Positions 14,065 through 22,500 of a stretch of 36,832 bases of DNA are shown here, one piece after another. The first letter of the stretch is position 1, and each line of letters opens with the position of its first letter. Made by a program: the position numbers and the translations under genes. The stretch is from a virus, in IMG/VR virus record IMGVR_UViG_3300045988_089998, positions 1 through 36,832 of that record; one strand, given 5' to 3'. The notes beneath the pieces are model-generated. The model was not told the origin of the DNA. It did not search any database and was given only the letters and a program-made list of their open reading frames with translations.

Positions 14065-15060
14065 ATGATGGAACAGAAGATTATGGAGGTGTTGCGGAGG
14101 ATGCAGGCCATTCTGGACGAGGCATGCCTGAGGGACCTTAAGACGGTCCTTCAGGTGGTGTTCGAGGGGTGCGAGATCTCGCAGGAGAAGCGGGAACTGC
14201 GGATTTCAGACAGGAGCTGGGCCATAGACCTGGAGGAATACCTGATGTCGAAGGCCCTGGAGGGAAAGTCCCCCGGGACGGTGGACCGATACCGCTACGA
14301 GTTGCAGAGGCTGCTGTCCTATGTGAACAAGGCAGTCCGGGACATTACGGAGGGGGACATCTCCGGGTACATGCGGGCCTACAAGGCGATCCGCCAGGTG
14401 TCCAACCAGACGCTCAAGAACGTCCGGGCGGTCTACAGCAGCTTCTTCGCATGGCTGCGGGACCGGGACCGGATCCGGAGGAATCCCATGGCCCTGGTAG
14501 AGGCGATCAAGGTGGAGCAGAAGATCCGCAAGCCCTACACGGACGAGGAGAGGGAGATGCTGCTACGGAACTGCAGCACGCTCCGGGATAAGGCGATGAT
14601 GGAGTTCTTCTACAGCACGGCGGTGAGGGTCTCGGAACTGGCAGCCCTGAACCGCGACGACATCCGCTTCACCAGCAAGGACCTGATCGTATTCGGGAAG
14701 GGAAGCAAGGAAAGGCGGGTCTACCTGAACGACAGGACGAACTTGTACATGAAGGAGTATCTGGACAGCCGGACGGATGGGAGCCCGGCGCTGTTCGTAT
14801 CCACTAGGAGGCCGCATAGCCGTCTGTCGAAGACGGGGATCGAGGACATCATCCGGCGAACGGGCCAGCGGGCGGGAGTCGATAAGGCCCACCCGCACCG
14901 GTTCCGCAGGACATCCCTGACCAACGCCCTGAACCGGGGGATGCCGCTGCAGGAGGCCATGGTCATGGCGGGCCATGCGAAGCCGGAGACGACGATGGGC
15001 TACTGCACGGTGGACCAGGAAGGCATCAAGTATCATCATCAGAAGTATTTAAGCGCATAG
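14065..15060 (+). CDS. Tyrosine site-specific recombinase (candidate shufflon recombinase)
   Basis: 331 aa from ATG 14065, with AAAGGAG 5 nt upstream. Catalytic-type motifs are AVRVSELAAL (Arg), GKGSKERRVYL (Lys), HPHRFRRT (HxxR), AGHAKPETT and MGYC (Tyr). A possible extended -10 TGCTACAAT lies at 14035-14043. The gene is strikingly G+C-rich compared with its flanks. Confidence 0.85.
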   Translation: MMEQKIMEVLRRMQAILDEACLRDLKTVLQVVFEGCEISQEKRELRISDRSWAIDLEEYLMSKALEGKSPGTVDRYRYELQRLLSYVNKAVRDITEGDISGYMRAYKAIRQVSNQTLKNVRAVYSSFFAWLRDRDRIRRNPMALVEAIKVEQKIRKPYTDEEREMLLRNCSTLRDKAMMEFFYSTAVRVSELAALNRDDIRFTSKDLIVFGKGSKERRVYLNDRTNLYMKEYLDSRTDGSPALFVSTRRPHSRLSKTGIEDIIRRTGQRAGVDKAHPHRFRRTSLTNALNRGMPLQEAMVMAGHAKPETTMGYCTVDQEGIKYHHQKYLSA

Positions 15061-15084
15061 CAAGAGGGGAATAAGGATATTTTT

Positions 15085-15112
15085 ACATCCGGCGAGGGTC
15101 GGGTGTTTTTGT
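15085..15112 (+). terminator. Intrinsic terminator after the recombinase gene
   Basis: acatccggc-gag(g)-gtcgggtgt forms a 9-bp stem including 2 G-U pairs, followed by ttttgtt. Confidence 0.5.
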
Positions 15113-15160
15113 TGTACGCTTTTATAGACGTAACTAATAACAAGTTTCAAAGAGGGATAC

Positions 15161-15178
15161 TGAATTAATTAGAAATAT
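15161..15178 (+). repeat. Crossover-site candidate B (degenerate, 14/18 match, inverted relative to the active site)
   Basis: tgaattaattagaaatat compared with tgaactaaatagaaaatt. It is in the same codon register and encodes ELIRNI. Confidence 0.55.
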
Positions 15179-15179
15179 A

Positions 15180-15476
15180 TCTGATGTAGCAACTACTTTA
15201 GATACTCAACCAAATGTTATTATTCACAAAAGAGGTACTATGGTTGCCGTACAAGGTGTAGTAGCCATGAATTCACAAAGAATTAGCATTACGTTGCCAT
15301 ACAAGGCAATAGAACAGACCTGGTTTCCTGTCATCGGTTTAAATAGTTCATCTGAACCAACAACTGGCTATACTGGACGCGGAGTTATAACAAAAAATAA
15401 TAACGCAATGGATATAGTATTAGCAGGAGCGAATACATTCGGATGCCTAAACTTTTCTTATAAAACAAAAGGCTAA
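15180..15476 (+). other. Silent C-terminal cassette B (98 codons), homologous to the currently expressed cassette A
   Basis: SDVATTLDTQPNVIIHKRGTMVAVQGVVAMNSQRISITLPYKAIEQTWFPVIGLNSS... aligns with cassette A ...RRVTVQGLVLINGTSMSFELPYTATDVTRFPTIGLSNS.... It lies tail-to-tail with A, with a 1-nt gap. Confidence 0.7.
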
Positions 15477-15477
15477 C

Positions 15478-16260
15478 CTATAGATTGGTATAATAAGCAA
15501 AATTTACTGCGGCATAAGTGATCGCATTTCCAAATGTGATTTCACACACTGCACCTTTCACCGTTCCGAAACTATATCCGGCAAGTGCCAGAGAATTAGA
15601 CAGTCCAATGGTTGGGAATCTTGTAACGTCTGTCGCTGTGTATGGCAATTCAAATGACATGCTAGTGCCATTGATCAGTACAAGTCCTTGGACAGTTACC
15701 CTGCGCCCCTCGCGATATACCTTAAGATTCTGCGAGATGTCTGTTTTGACATACGCCAATTTTCTATTTAGTTCATCAACACTTTGCATTATATTTATCA
15801 GTTTCCTTACTTCCGTTACATTGATCCCGTCAAAATGTAATTCGAAGATCGGGCAGTCATCTGCAAGATCTCCATCCTGCATATTTCCGTGTATATAGTC
15901 TGGCGCCACCGGATTGCTTTCTGCCGGCTGCCCCTGTATCACCACCCACTCGGCATTTTCTGTCTCCGTCGCTGTATCCTGCGTATACCTTGCCACCACA
16001 AGATCGATCCGCTTCATTGCTTGTGTTCCATTCTGGTATGTGACTTCATCATACGTCCCGCTCTTTACCACCATGACCCCTCCATGGTGTATTAATGTCC
16101 CGCTTCTTATCTTGATCGTATTGTTTACTGCCAGTTCGGGTTCCAGGTGCTCATCCATATCTGCAATATAACTTTCTGTGCCAGCCATTGCTGCAACTAT
16201 TCCTCTAAACTGCTGGCTGGTCACGTGATTTTTTCCCTTTTTTGCCGTCACAAAAATCAT
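15478..16260 (-). CDS. Receptor-binding/tail fibre-like protein: constant N-terminal 168 aa fused to variable cassette A (92 aa)
   Basis: It is the last gene of the tail module and has an ATGA overlap with the upstream tail gene. The C-terminal third is the part replaced by the alternative cassettes. Confidence 0.7.
   Translation of the reverse strand: MIFVTAKKGKNHVTSQQFRGIVAAMAGTESYIADMDEHLEPELAVNNTIKIRSGTLIHHGGVMVVKSGTYDEVTYQNGTQAMKRIDLVVARYTQDTATETENAEWVVIQGQPAESNPVAPDYIHGNMQDGDLADDCPIFELHFDGINVTEVRKLINIMQSVDELNRKLAYVKTDISQNLKVYREGRRVTVQGLVLINGTSMSFELPYTATDVTRFPTIGLSNSLALAGYSFGTVKGAVCEITFGNAITYAAVNFAYYTNL
15756..15775 (-). repeat. Crossover-site candidate A, inside the expressed receptor-binding protein gene (codons E163-L168)
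   Basis: ccaattttctatttagttca. The minus-strand codons are gaa cta aat aga aaa ttg. Confidence 0.9.
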
Positions 16261-17252
16261 TCTGTTCCCTCCAATTTATACTTTTTGACTATCCTTCCTT
16301 TTTCCTTCTTTATGACAATATCCTCTATTGGCTGTTTCATGTATATCCCCGTGATATAATCGCGTCCTCCAACGATATCCCCGATCTCCAGTTCCATACC
16401 CGACTGCTCCATATCCATTGACATAGAGTCCCTATTCATTAATTTTTCTAACTGCTCCTTTCCTTTCTGCTCCACATCAGCAGTATCTGTACTAGTATTC
16501 TCGTAGAAACTTTCTATTTCCTCTATCCCGGTATAGTATTTTTCCTTCCCGATGCTTCCGTCTTTTTGTACATAGAGATGTATGACATTCCTGTCCTGCA
16601 TGTCACCTTTTCCGCCAATTATAAGATGGTTTACTCCATTTCTCTTTTGAGACACTTTGAATTGTATTCTGCTGTCTTGCGAGAATTCGAACTTCTCAGA
16701 ATAGTCAATTATAGGGACTGCCGAAACCTCTACATATCCAGTTGCGTTCGGTTCGCCGGTAACATATTTGATATTCAGTCGGTATTGGACGGATCTGAGC
16801 ATTTTTGTAACCCCTTCCAGCACGGTAGTGAATCGGTCAAACGCGTAACTGCTTATCGTTATCCCCGTATCTATCCTGGGCACGACAAATATCCCATCAA
16901 ATCTCTTTTCTATGACTTCCCTTAGTATCTCGTTCAGTTCTCCTGATACTATGTAGTGGTCTTTCCCGGATGGCGGAACGATAATCTTTTTTTCTAACAG
17001 CCCCCTCCATAGGTATCCTCGGAATACGGCCTCTCCTGTCTTCGTGCTCGTCTCTACTTCTCCAATAATCCCCCCGATTTCACTTTCCGGGATAAAAAAA
17101 CTACACCCCATCCTAATTCTTTCGTCCCATTTTTTAACGGGTATCGTCAGTTCGAAGTCCCTATTGCCGCTATTCAACTGCGCATCCAGATCCGCATCCA
17201 GCAAAGCCATAATCTGTCTTCCGTCGATATCCGTTAGATGCATATCTAGCAT
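16257..17252 (-). CDS. Tail-tip/baseplate protein (Tal-like, siphovirus Gp37-like size class)
   Basis: 331 aa, positioned between the distal tail protein and the receptor-binding protein, with coupled starts and stops. Confidence 0.55.
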   Translation of the reverse strand: MLDMHLTDIDGRQIMALLDADLDAQLNSGNRDFELTIPVKKWDERIRMGCSFFIPESEIGGIIGEVETSTKTGEAVFRGYLWRGLLEKKIIVPPSGKDHYIVSGELNEILREVIEKRFDGIFVVPRIDTGITISSYAFDRFTTVLEGVTKMLRSVQYRLNIKYVTGEPNATGYVEVSAVPIIDYSEKFEFSQDSRIQFKVSQKRNGVNHLIIGGKGDMQDRNVIHLYVQKDGSIGKEKYYTGIEEIESFYENTSTDTADVEQKGKEQLEKLMNRDSMSMDMEQSGMELEIGDIVGGRDYITGIYMKQPIEDIVIKKEKGRIVKKYKLEGTE

Positions 17253-18118
17253 TCCGGTTCGCTCCTTTCCAAGAATAGTATCAGGTCAATGCCAAATGTC
17301 CCGGGCCATCCTATAACCAGTTCTCCCGATGGTATCTTTTCAAATACGCTCCGTTCCATCTGCCTGCTATTGTATAGATTCGATGTCGTTCCGTTTGCGA
17401 GATACTTTACAACGGAATGCCTCCGGCTGTCTATAATCAGATAATCGCTTGATTCCAGGGTTGTAAATATCTGATATGGATATCCGTTAATCGTAGCCTT
17501 CGGATCTTGGCATGGCCCATAGAATATCATCTGAAAATTACTTTCCCCATAATGATCCACGGTCCATGTTTTCGCCCCTATCATGTCTGCCGAAAAATCG
17601 AACTCGAAGTCAAACGGGAAGTCAATCCCGCCTTCATCTTCGTTATTTTTCTGAGCCAATAATTGTTTTTTAATTTCTTTTTGCCAGAACGGATATGGTG
17701 CATATACCTTCACCTCTTTTTGGACTGCCCGGTACCTGTCATCTGCAACATTGAATTCTGATCCTACTATATAGCACTCAATATAGTAATCCTTGAAATA
17801 CAGCCTGCCAATCGTCCCCTCCAGCACATCTCTTTCAACCAGCTCAAAAAATCTATTCGCATTGCTCCTTCTCTCCTCCTTCCCTCCAAGAAAGTCGATT
17901 ATAAGGTTATATTTTTTTGACTTTTTTTCAAACCCGTTGATAATGCTTCCTAATATCTCGCTGCTTTCATCAACCTCCCACTCGTATTCGTATAATCCAG
18001 CCTTTCGGATCCTTGCCCTGATGTTTTTCCCGGACAGTACCATCTCCTGTCCGGTGCTTCCGCTTACATATCTAAGCACTGAATACCACCCCCAGATCAG
18101 ATAACTCTCTTGTAACAT
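17246..18118 (-). CDS. Distal tail protein (Dit-like phage tail family protein)
   Basis: About 290 aa, immediately after the tape measure gene, the conserved Dit position. The start is uncertain (18118 or 18043). Confidence 0.6.
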   Translation of the reverse strand: MLQESYLIWGWYSVLRYVSGSTGQEMVLSGKNIRARIRKAGLYEYEWEVDESSEILGSIINGFEKKSKKYNLIIDFLGGKEERRSNANRFFELVERDVLEGTIGRLYFKDYYIECYIVGSEFNVADDRYRAVQKEVKVYAPYPFWQKEIKKQLLAQKNNEDEGGIDFPFDFEFDFSADMIGAKTWTVDHYGESNFQMIFYGPCQDPKATINGYPYQIFTTLESSDYLIIDSRRHSVVKYLANGTTSNLYNSRQMERSVFEKIPSGELVIGWPGTFGIDLILFLERSEPEC

Positions 18119-21100
18119 CGCGCCCGTTCAGATATACTGCAAATTTCGCCTGCTTTACGGCATTATTTACAATCTTGTTCAGCATAGCATACTCCGCCTC
18201 TCCCATTCTCCCACTTTTTTGGTCTATCCTTCCTTCTATTCCGCGAAAGTCGACGGCTCCTGATACGGCTTTTCGTGCTGTATTTGATGTTCTTTCTACT
18301 CCGAGTACGAATCCTTCCATCGTGGACTCTCCTATACGACGGAATGCTTTGGACGGCGAATTGATTTCAAGTTTCTCCTGCGCTGCAGTGATCGCCGCTC
18401 CGGCAACATCAATGGCGGCCTGTATCACCTGCGACTTTCCGGCGCTTATTCCTTGGGCCAGTCCTGTTGATACATTCCTTCCGTATTGCATGAATCTTTC
18501 TGCCTTAAGCATATTGGATACGATATTTGTCACTGATTCTGATGTGCTTCTGGCTACCGCCTGCGCTACGCTTATGCTAGTGCTCATTCCCATTGCCAGT
18601 CCTACATTCACATTCCGTCCGGACTCCATCGTTTTCGTGGACGGCGAATGGCAGCCCAGCCCATTATCCACAGCCTCAATAGTCTTGACTCCGAGATCGC
18701 GCCCTGCGGTCGCTGCCTGATCCTGCGCGTTTTGCAGTCCCTGCACGAGTCCCATCACCGTATTTGCTCCGCTCTGCTGCATCACTGATGTCAGGTTTTG
18801 CATTCCTCCTGCTATATTTGCGGCACCAGACGTCAGCAGCTGCTGTCCCCAGTCGTTTGTCATTCCTTGTATATCCACGCTCTGGCTCCATAGGTCATTT
18901 GCCTTTGACAGTTCTTCGTCTGTCATGGAGTTGAATGCGGCAACGTATCCAGATCCTTGCGGTCCCATCTCTGCGAGTTTCTGGAGTATTCCTTGATTTA
19001 TTCCGCGGTCCGCCAGCGATGATAGGTTTTGCTCCCATGCCGTAACTCCATCCACCTGGCTCTGCATATTCGAAAGCAACTGCTCTGTAGATATCTGTAC
19101 TCCTCCGTCAAACTGTTCGAACATGTCCATCTGGGACGCAAGAGCATTCTGCACATTTTCTTGCATAGAAATGACGCTATTGGTTACATTTACTGCAAGT
19201 TCCTGCTGGGACGCAGACAGATTATTATACGCCTCCAGTTCCTGCCCTGACATTTCAATATTTGCCTGTGCCTTTTCGGCATTTTCTTCCTTTGCACGAC
19301 TGTTTGCCTGCGTCTTCTCTGTATTATTCTCTGTAGCCTCGGTCATTCCTGTCAGGTATTCCGTATAAGGCTCCATCTTGTCGTTCGCCTCATCTATCGC
19401 ATCATTGACATTTCCCAATGCCTCCTTCGACTCTTGCTTTTTCTCATTTAAGGCCTCTTCGTCTTCCGTCATCTGTCTGAGCGCTTCCGATACTGATAGT
19501 ATCTTTCCATTGTACTCTATTGTCGCTTCTGACTGATCCTGCGTGGCAGCATATAATTCATCTGCATTTTCCGCGCCTTCCCGAAGAGCCTTGTTGTAAT
19601 CTTTCTGAGCCTGCTTTAGGCTCTCATTTTTCTCCGTGATCGCATCATTTACCTCCGAGCGCTTTGCCTGTATATTCCCCAGTTCATTTTCTATGTCTGA
19701 CAGGCTCTTCGCTGCCTCCGCCTGCGCGATCTCGGCGTCTACAAGTTTCTCAACGCTCTCTTTCATCGCCTCTTGCGCCGCCTGTACCTTTTGCATCTGT
19801 ATCGCCGAATTGATATAGTTATCCATTTCCGACGCGCTCATGTTTAGCTTCCCAGTCACATCGTCAACGGCAAGCCCCATTTCTGGAAAAATCGAATTCA
19901 GTTCCATTACGATCGTCTCCATCCTGGACTGTTCCGATGCCGTGCGGGACGACTGGCCGGCAAGGCCTTCCAGTTCCTGCTTCAGGCTTCTTGCCACTTC
20001 CGCGCTTGCCTCTACCTTTCCCATTGATGTGGACATTTTCCCGGTTGCCTGTTCAAGCCCATTCGCCGCGCTTTCCGCCTTTTCATTTAGTTTGTCGGCC
20101 TTCTCCCCGAGCTCGTCCGTCTTTGTTTTTGCTATATCTACATTTGACGCGAATACCGCTGTTACTGCAACGAGCGCTGCCACTCCCGCAACGACAAGCC
20201 CTACCGGATTTGCGGCCATAATGGCATTCAGTCCTCCCTGGGCAGCCGTGGCCGTTGTCGTTGCTGCCGTCTGGGCCGCTGTTGCCGTAGTCTGGGCAAC
20301 AGTCGCTGCCGTCTGCGCGGTTGTAGCCGCTGTAGATGCTGATTCGACAGCCGTATCCGCCGCCTTGGCCGCGGAATGCTCTAATACCTTTGTGACCAGG
20401 CCGCTAATACTCTTTCCAGTTTCCTTTAGTTCTGAAATGAACTTTCTGCTCTTGTTCACGACGAACAGCGTCCCGATTGCTGTCCCTGCTGCTGTTGCGA
20501 CCGGCACGATTACATCAATGTTTTCCGCCAGAGCCTTCATCCCTTTTTGCGCCGCTGGGAGGAATTTTACCAGTATCGGCTGCATCACATCCGTCTGGAA
20601 CGTCCGCCCAAGAACCTTCCATTCATTCGATACGCTGTCGTACTTGATACGCTTGATATCTTCCATCGTTCCTTGCACGTTCTTATATGTGCTATTTACA
20701 TTGTACAGGGATGTGATAACCTTCATTGCGTTATCTTCGCCCAGCGCGCTCCACGTATTGCTTGCGATCGTCAGGGCCTGCTGCTGGTTCTCCATGTTTG
20801 CAAGATCTGAGATTACGGATTTGAATACTTCGCTTGTCGTTGCGTTTCCGTTTTTCCACTCCTGGAACAAGTCCTGCGTGCTTGCCGAAAACGCCGACAG
20901 GTTGCTTTCAATACGTCCGTCAGCCATCGAGTTTCCAAATTCTTTTACATAGTCATTTACCTTGTCCAGATTATATGCCCCTGAATCAAGCCCGTTCTGC
21001 AGTATTGTAAACATTTCTTCCGCTGAAAACCCGGCCTGCGCCCACAATGATACGTATTCCGCCAGATTGTCTCCCAGTTCCGAAGACTTGTTCAATCCAT

Positions 21101-22145
21101 TCTGAGCGCCTTTTGCGACATAGTCAAAGGCTTCTTCCGCGCCAAGCCCCATATCGTCCATTAATGCGTCAATTCCGCGTATCGATTCGCTTAGATCCAT
21201 GTTGAAAATGTCTTCCAGGGCTATTCCGCTCTCTGCCAGTTTCTGTATCTTCGTCGGATCCGTCTCGTTTGTATACTGCTTTACCAGCGCCATGGCATTG
21301 GCTATGCCGTTGATATCATCGCCATAGCCGGAAGCATAAAGTTCCTGCATCTGCCTGCTATAATCTTTTGTCGCCTGCGTGGTTGCTCCGGTGCTGGCCT
21401 GAAGCTGGTTCTGCGCATCCTGAAGTTTCAGCGTTCCGTCTATCGCTGACTTGAACACGGTTCCTGCCAACTGTTTTCCCGCATCCACTACGGTATTGAT
21501 AAGATTAGCCTTTATGATTCTTCCCGTGCTTGTAATCTCATCAGCCAATTGGCTCGCATGGTTCCCAAATTCGTCAATGCTTTTCGCGCATCCATCCGAT
21601 GCGGCTTCCGCCTCTTTCATGTATGCGGTATTCTCATTTACCGCACGCGTTGCCCGTATCGTCTGCGCCTCCGCATTGTTCAGCTGCTTCTTCCAGTCCT
21701 GCACCTTGTTCCCGGCGCGCTGGTATGTTGCCTCTCCCTTTTCTACGACTCCGGACAGATCGCTCACTGCCTGTCTCTGCTCGTTCAGCGCTTCCTCGGT
21801 CGTGTCCGAAGAGTTTTCCATATCCTGCAATGTGCTCCGTGCTTCTAGCAGTTTTTCCTTGTATTGCTCCAGTTCGTTGCCGATTCTGGAGTACTCCTGT
21901 TCTGCATGCCTGAGTCCTGTCCTTACTGCCTCTTCCTTGTTCTTCTGCTCATCCAGAGTCTTCACTAGGATTTCATGCTTCTTCTCTAGCGTCTCCAGCG
22001 TATTCGCCTGTCCTGTTGTCTGCGCTTCTACGAGTTTCATTTCTGAGTGCATTGTTGACAGGCTCTTGTTGCACGATGTCACCGCCGATCGGAATTCCCG
22101 TTCCCCGTCAAGCGTAATATATGCACCTATTTTTTTATTTGCCAT
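18072..22145 (-). CDS. Tape measure protein
   Basis: About 1357 aa, coiled-coil rich, with a central hydrophobic Ala/Thr-rich segment. It follows the G/G-T chaperone. The start is placed at ATG 22145 (MANKKIG), with AGGAG 7 nt upstream. Confidence 0.9.
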   Translation of the reverse strand: MANKKIGAYITLDGEREFRSAVTSCNKSLSTMHSEMKLVEAQTTGQANTLETLEKKHEILVKTLDEQKNKEEAVRTGLRHAEQEYSRIGNELEQYKEKLLEARSTLQDMENSSDTTEEALNEQRQAVSDLSGVVEKGEATYQRAGNKVQDWKKQLNNAEAQTIRATRAVNENTAYMKEAEAASDGCAKSIDEFGNHASQLADEITSTGRIIKANLINTVVDAGKQLAGTVFKSAIDGTLKLQDAQNQLQASTGATTQATKDYSRQMQELYASGYGDDINGIANAMALVKQYTNETDPTKIQKLAESGIALEDIFNMDLSESIRGIDALMDDMGLGAEEAFDYVAKGAQNGLNKSSELGDNLAEYVSLWAQAGFSAEEMFTILQNGLDSGAYNLDKVNDYVKEFGNSMADGRIESNLSAFSASTQDLFQEWKNGNATTSEVFKSVISDLANMENQQQALTIASNTWSALGEDNAMKVITSLYNVNSTYKNVQGTMEDIKRIKYDSVSNEWKVLGRTFQTDVMQPILVKFLPAAQKGMKALAENIDVIVPVATAAGTAIGTLFVVNKSRKFISELKETGKSISGLVTKVLEHSAAKAADTAVESASTAATTAQTAATVAQTTATAAQTAATTTATAAQGGLNAIMAANPVGLVVAGVAALVAVTAVFASNVDIAKTKTDELGEKADKLNEKAESAANGLEQATGKMSTSMGKVEASAEVARSLKQELEGLAGQSSRTASEQSRMETIVMELNSIFPEMGLAVDDVTGKLNMSASEMDNYINSAIQMQKVQAAQEAMKESVEKLVDAEIAQAEAAKSLSDIENELGNIQAKRSEVNDAITEKNESLKQAQKDYNKALREGAENADELYAATQDQSEATIEYNGKILSVSEALRQMTEDEEALNEKKQESKEALGNVNDAIDEANDKMEPYTEYLTGMTEATENNTEKTQANSRAKEENAEKAQANIEMSGQELEAYNNLSASQQELAVNVTNSVISMQENVQNALASQMDMFEQFDGGVQISTEQLLSNMQSQVDGVTAWEQNLSSLADRGINQGILQKLAEMGPQGSGYVAAFNSMTDEELSKANDLWSQSVDIQGMTNDWGQQLLTSGAANIAGGMQNLTSVMQQSGANTVMGLVQGLQNAQDQAATAGRDLGVKTIEAVDNGLGCHSPSTKTMESGRNVNVGLAMGMSTSISVAQAVARSTSESVTNIVSNMLKAERFMQYGRNVSTGLAQGISAGKSQVIQAAIDVAGAAITAAQEKLEINSPSKAFRRIGESTMEGFVLGVERTSNTARKAVSGAVDFRGIEGRIDQKSGRMGEAEYAMLNKIVNNAVKQAKFAVYLNGRDVTRELSDLGVVFSA

Positions 22146-22166
22146 ATAGTCACTCCTAAACATAGC

Positions 22167-22194
22167 AAAGGCCATCTGTTTCCAGATGGCCTTT
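22167..22194 (-). terminator. 12-bp perfect hairpin between the membrane-protein gene and the tape measure gene
   Basis: aaaggccatctg-(4-nt loop)-cagatggccttt. On the minus strand it is followed by gctatgttt, a modest U tract. Confidence 0.4.
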
Positions 22195-22206
22195 CGGTAT
22201 ATGCTT

Positions 22207-22500
22207 CTATTCTTTTAAATAATTCAATAACTGCTTCCTTCTTATTTCCTTCCTCAGCCTCCGTTTTTCCTTCATGGTTCTGCTCCCAAGGTCTTCCAGG
22301 AATACGCGCAGTGCATGTATGGCCGCCAGCAGGATGACTGCTGCCATAATTAGGGCCAATCCTAATAATGACATAGTCTTAATAGAGATTGCAATGCATC
22401 CAATAGCCCATACTCCTAATCCTACGGATACATATGGGTGCCGATTTGCGTAGAAGGCCAGGATTCTTCCAAGCACGCTTGGATATTGTGTTTTTTTCAT
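22207..22500 (-). CDS. Small two-TM membrane protein with basic C-terminal tail (moron-like insert in the tail module)
   Basis: AAGGAGGG lies 6 nt before ATG 22500 (MKKTQYPSVLG...). The hydrophobic spans are YVSVGLGVWAIGCIAISI and LLGLALIMAAVILLAAIHAL, followed by KEKRRLRKEIRRKQ. Confidence 0.65.
   Translation of the reverse strand: MKKTQYPSVLGRILAFYANRHPYVSVGLGVWAIGCIAISIKTMSLLGLALIMAAVILLAAIHALRVFLEDLGSRTMKEKRRLRKEIRRKQLLNYLKE

Larger units (their letters stand above)
13326..15775. other. Multi-cassette invertible region (shufflon) of the receptor-binding tail protein gene
   Basis: There are four copies of an in-frame core (consensus tGAACTAAATAGAAAATTgg, encoding ELNRKL). Two lie on each strand, each heading a C-terminal cassette. 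The cassettes are arranged tail-to-tail in two pairs flanking a tyrosine recombinase gene. Confidence 0.75.

Noticed and set aside
14169-15039. ORFs 14169..14591 (plus strand), 14563..15039 (minus strand) and 14721..14966 (minus strand) inside the shufflon recombinase gene
   Set aside because: These are Arg/Gly/Pro-rich alternative-frame ORFs that arise because the recombinase gene is G+C-rich. The recombinase frame has the catalytic motifs and an RBS.
13664-15486. Shared 9-mer aacctatag at both tail-to-tail cassette junctions (about 13664-13672 and about 15474-15482) as extra recombination sites
   Set aside because: It is explained by cassettes A and D both ending in Asn-Leu-stop (aaY cta tag) plus the palindromic ctatag. 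It is too short and too coding-constrained to call a site.
20230-20345. Repetitive gc(t/c)g(c/t)(c/t)g-type tract, a possible tandem repeat or VNTR
   Set aside because: It encodes the Ala/Thr-rich low-complexity segment (TAATTAQTAATVAQTTATAAQTAATTTATAAQ) of the tape measure protein. The repeats are imperfect, and it is not a separate element or a CRISPR-like array.
19840-20952. 370-aa plus-strand ORF, with many other 60-230-aa plus-strand ORFs between 18.1 and 22.2 kb
   Set aside because: They are antisense to the tape measure gene. They have Ser/Ala/Phe/Leu-rich low-complexity composition typical of the reverse frame of a coiled-coil, Ala/Glu/Lys-rich gene, and no RBS.
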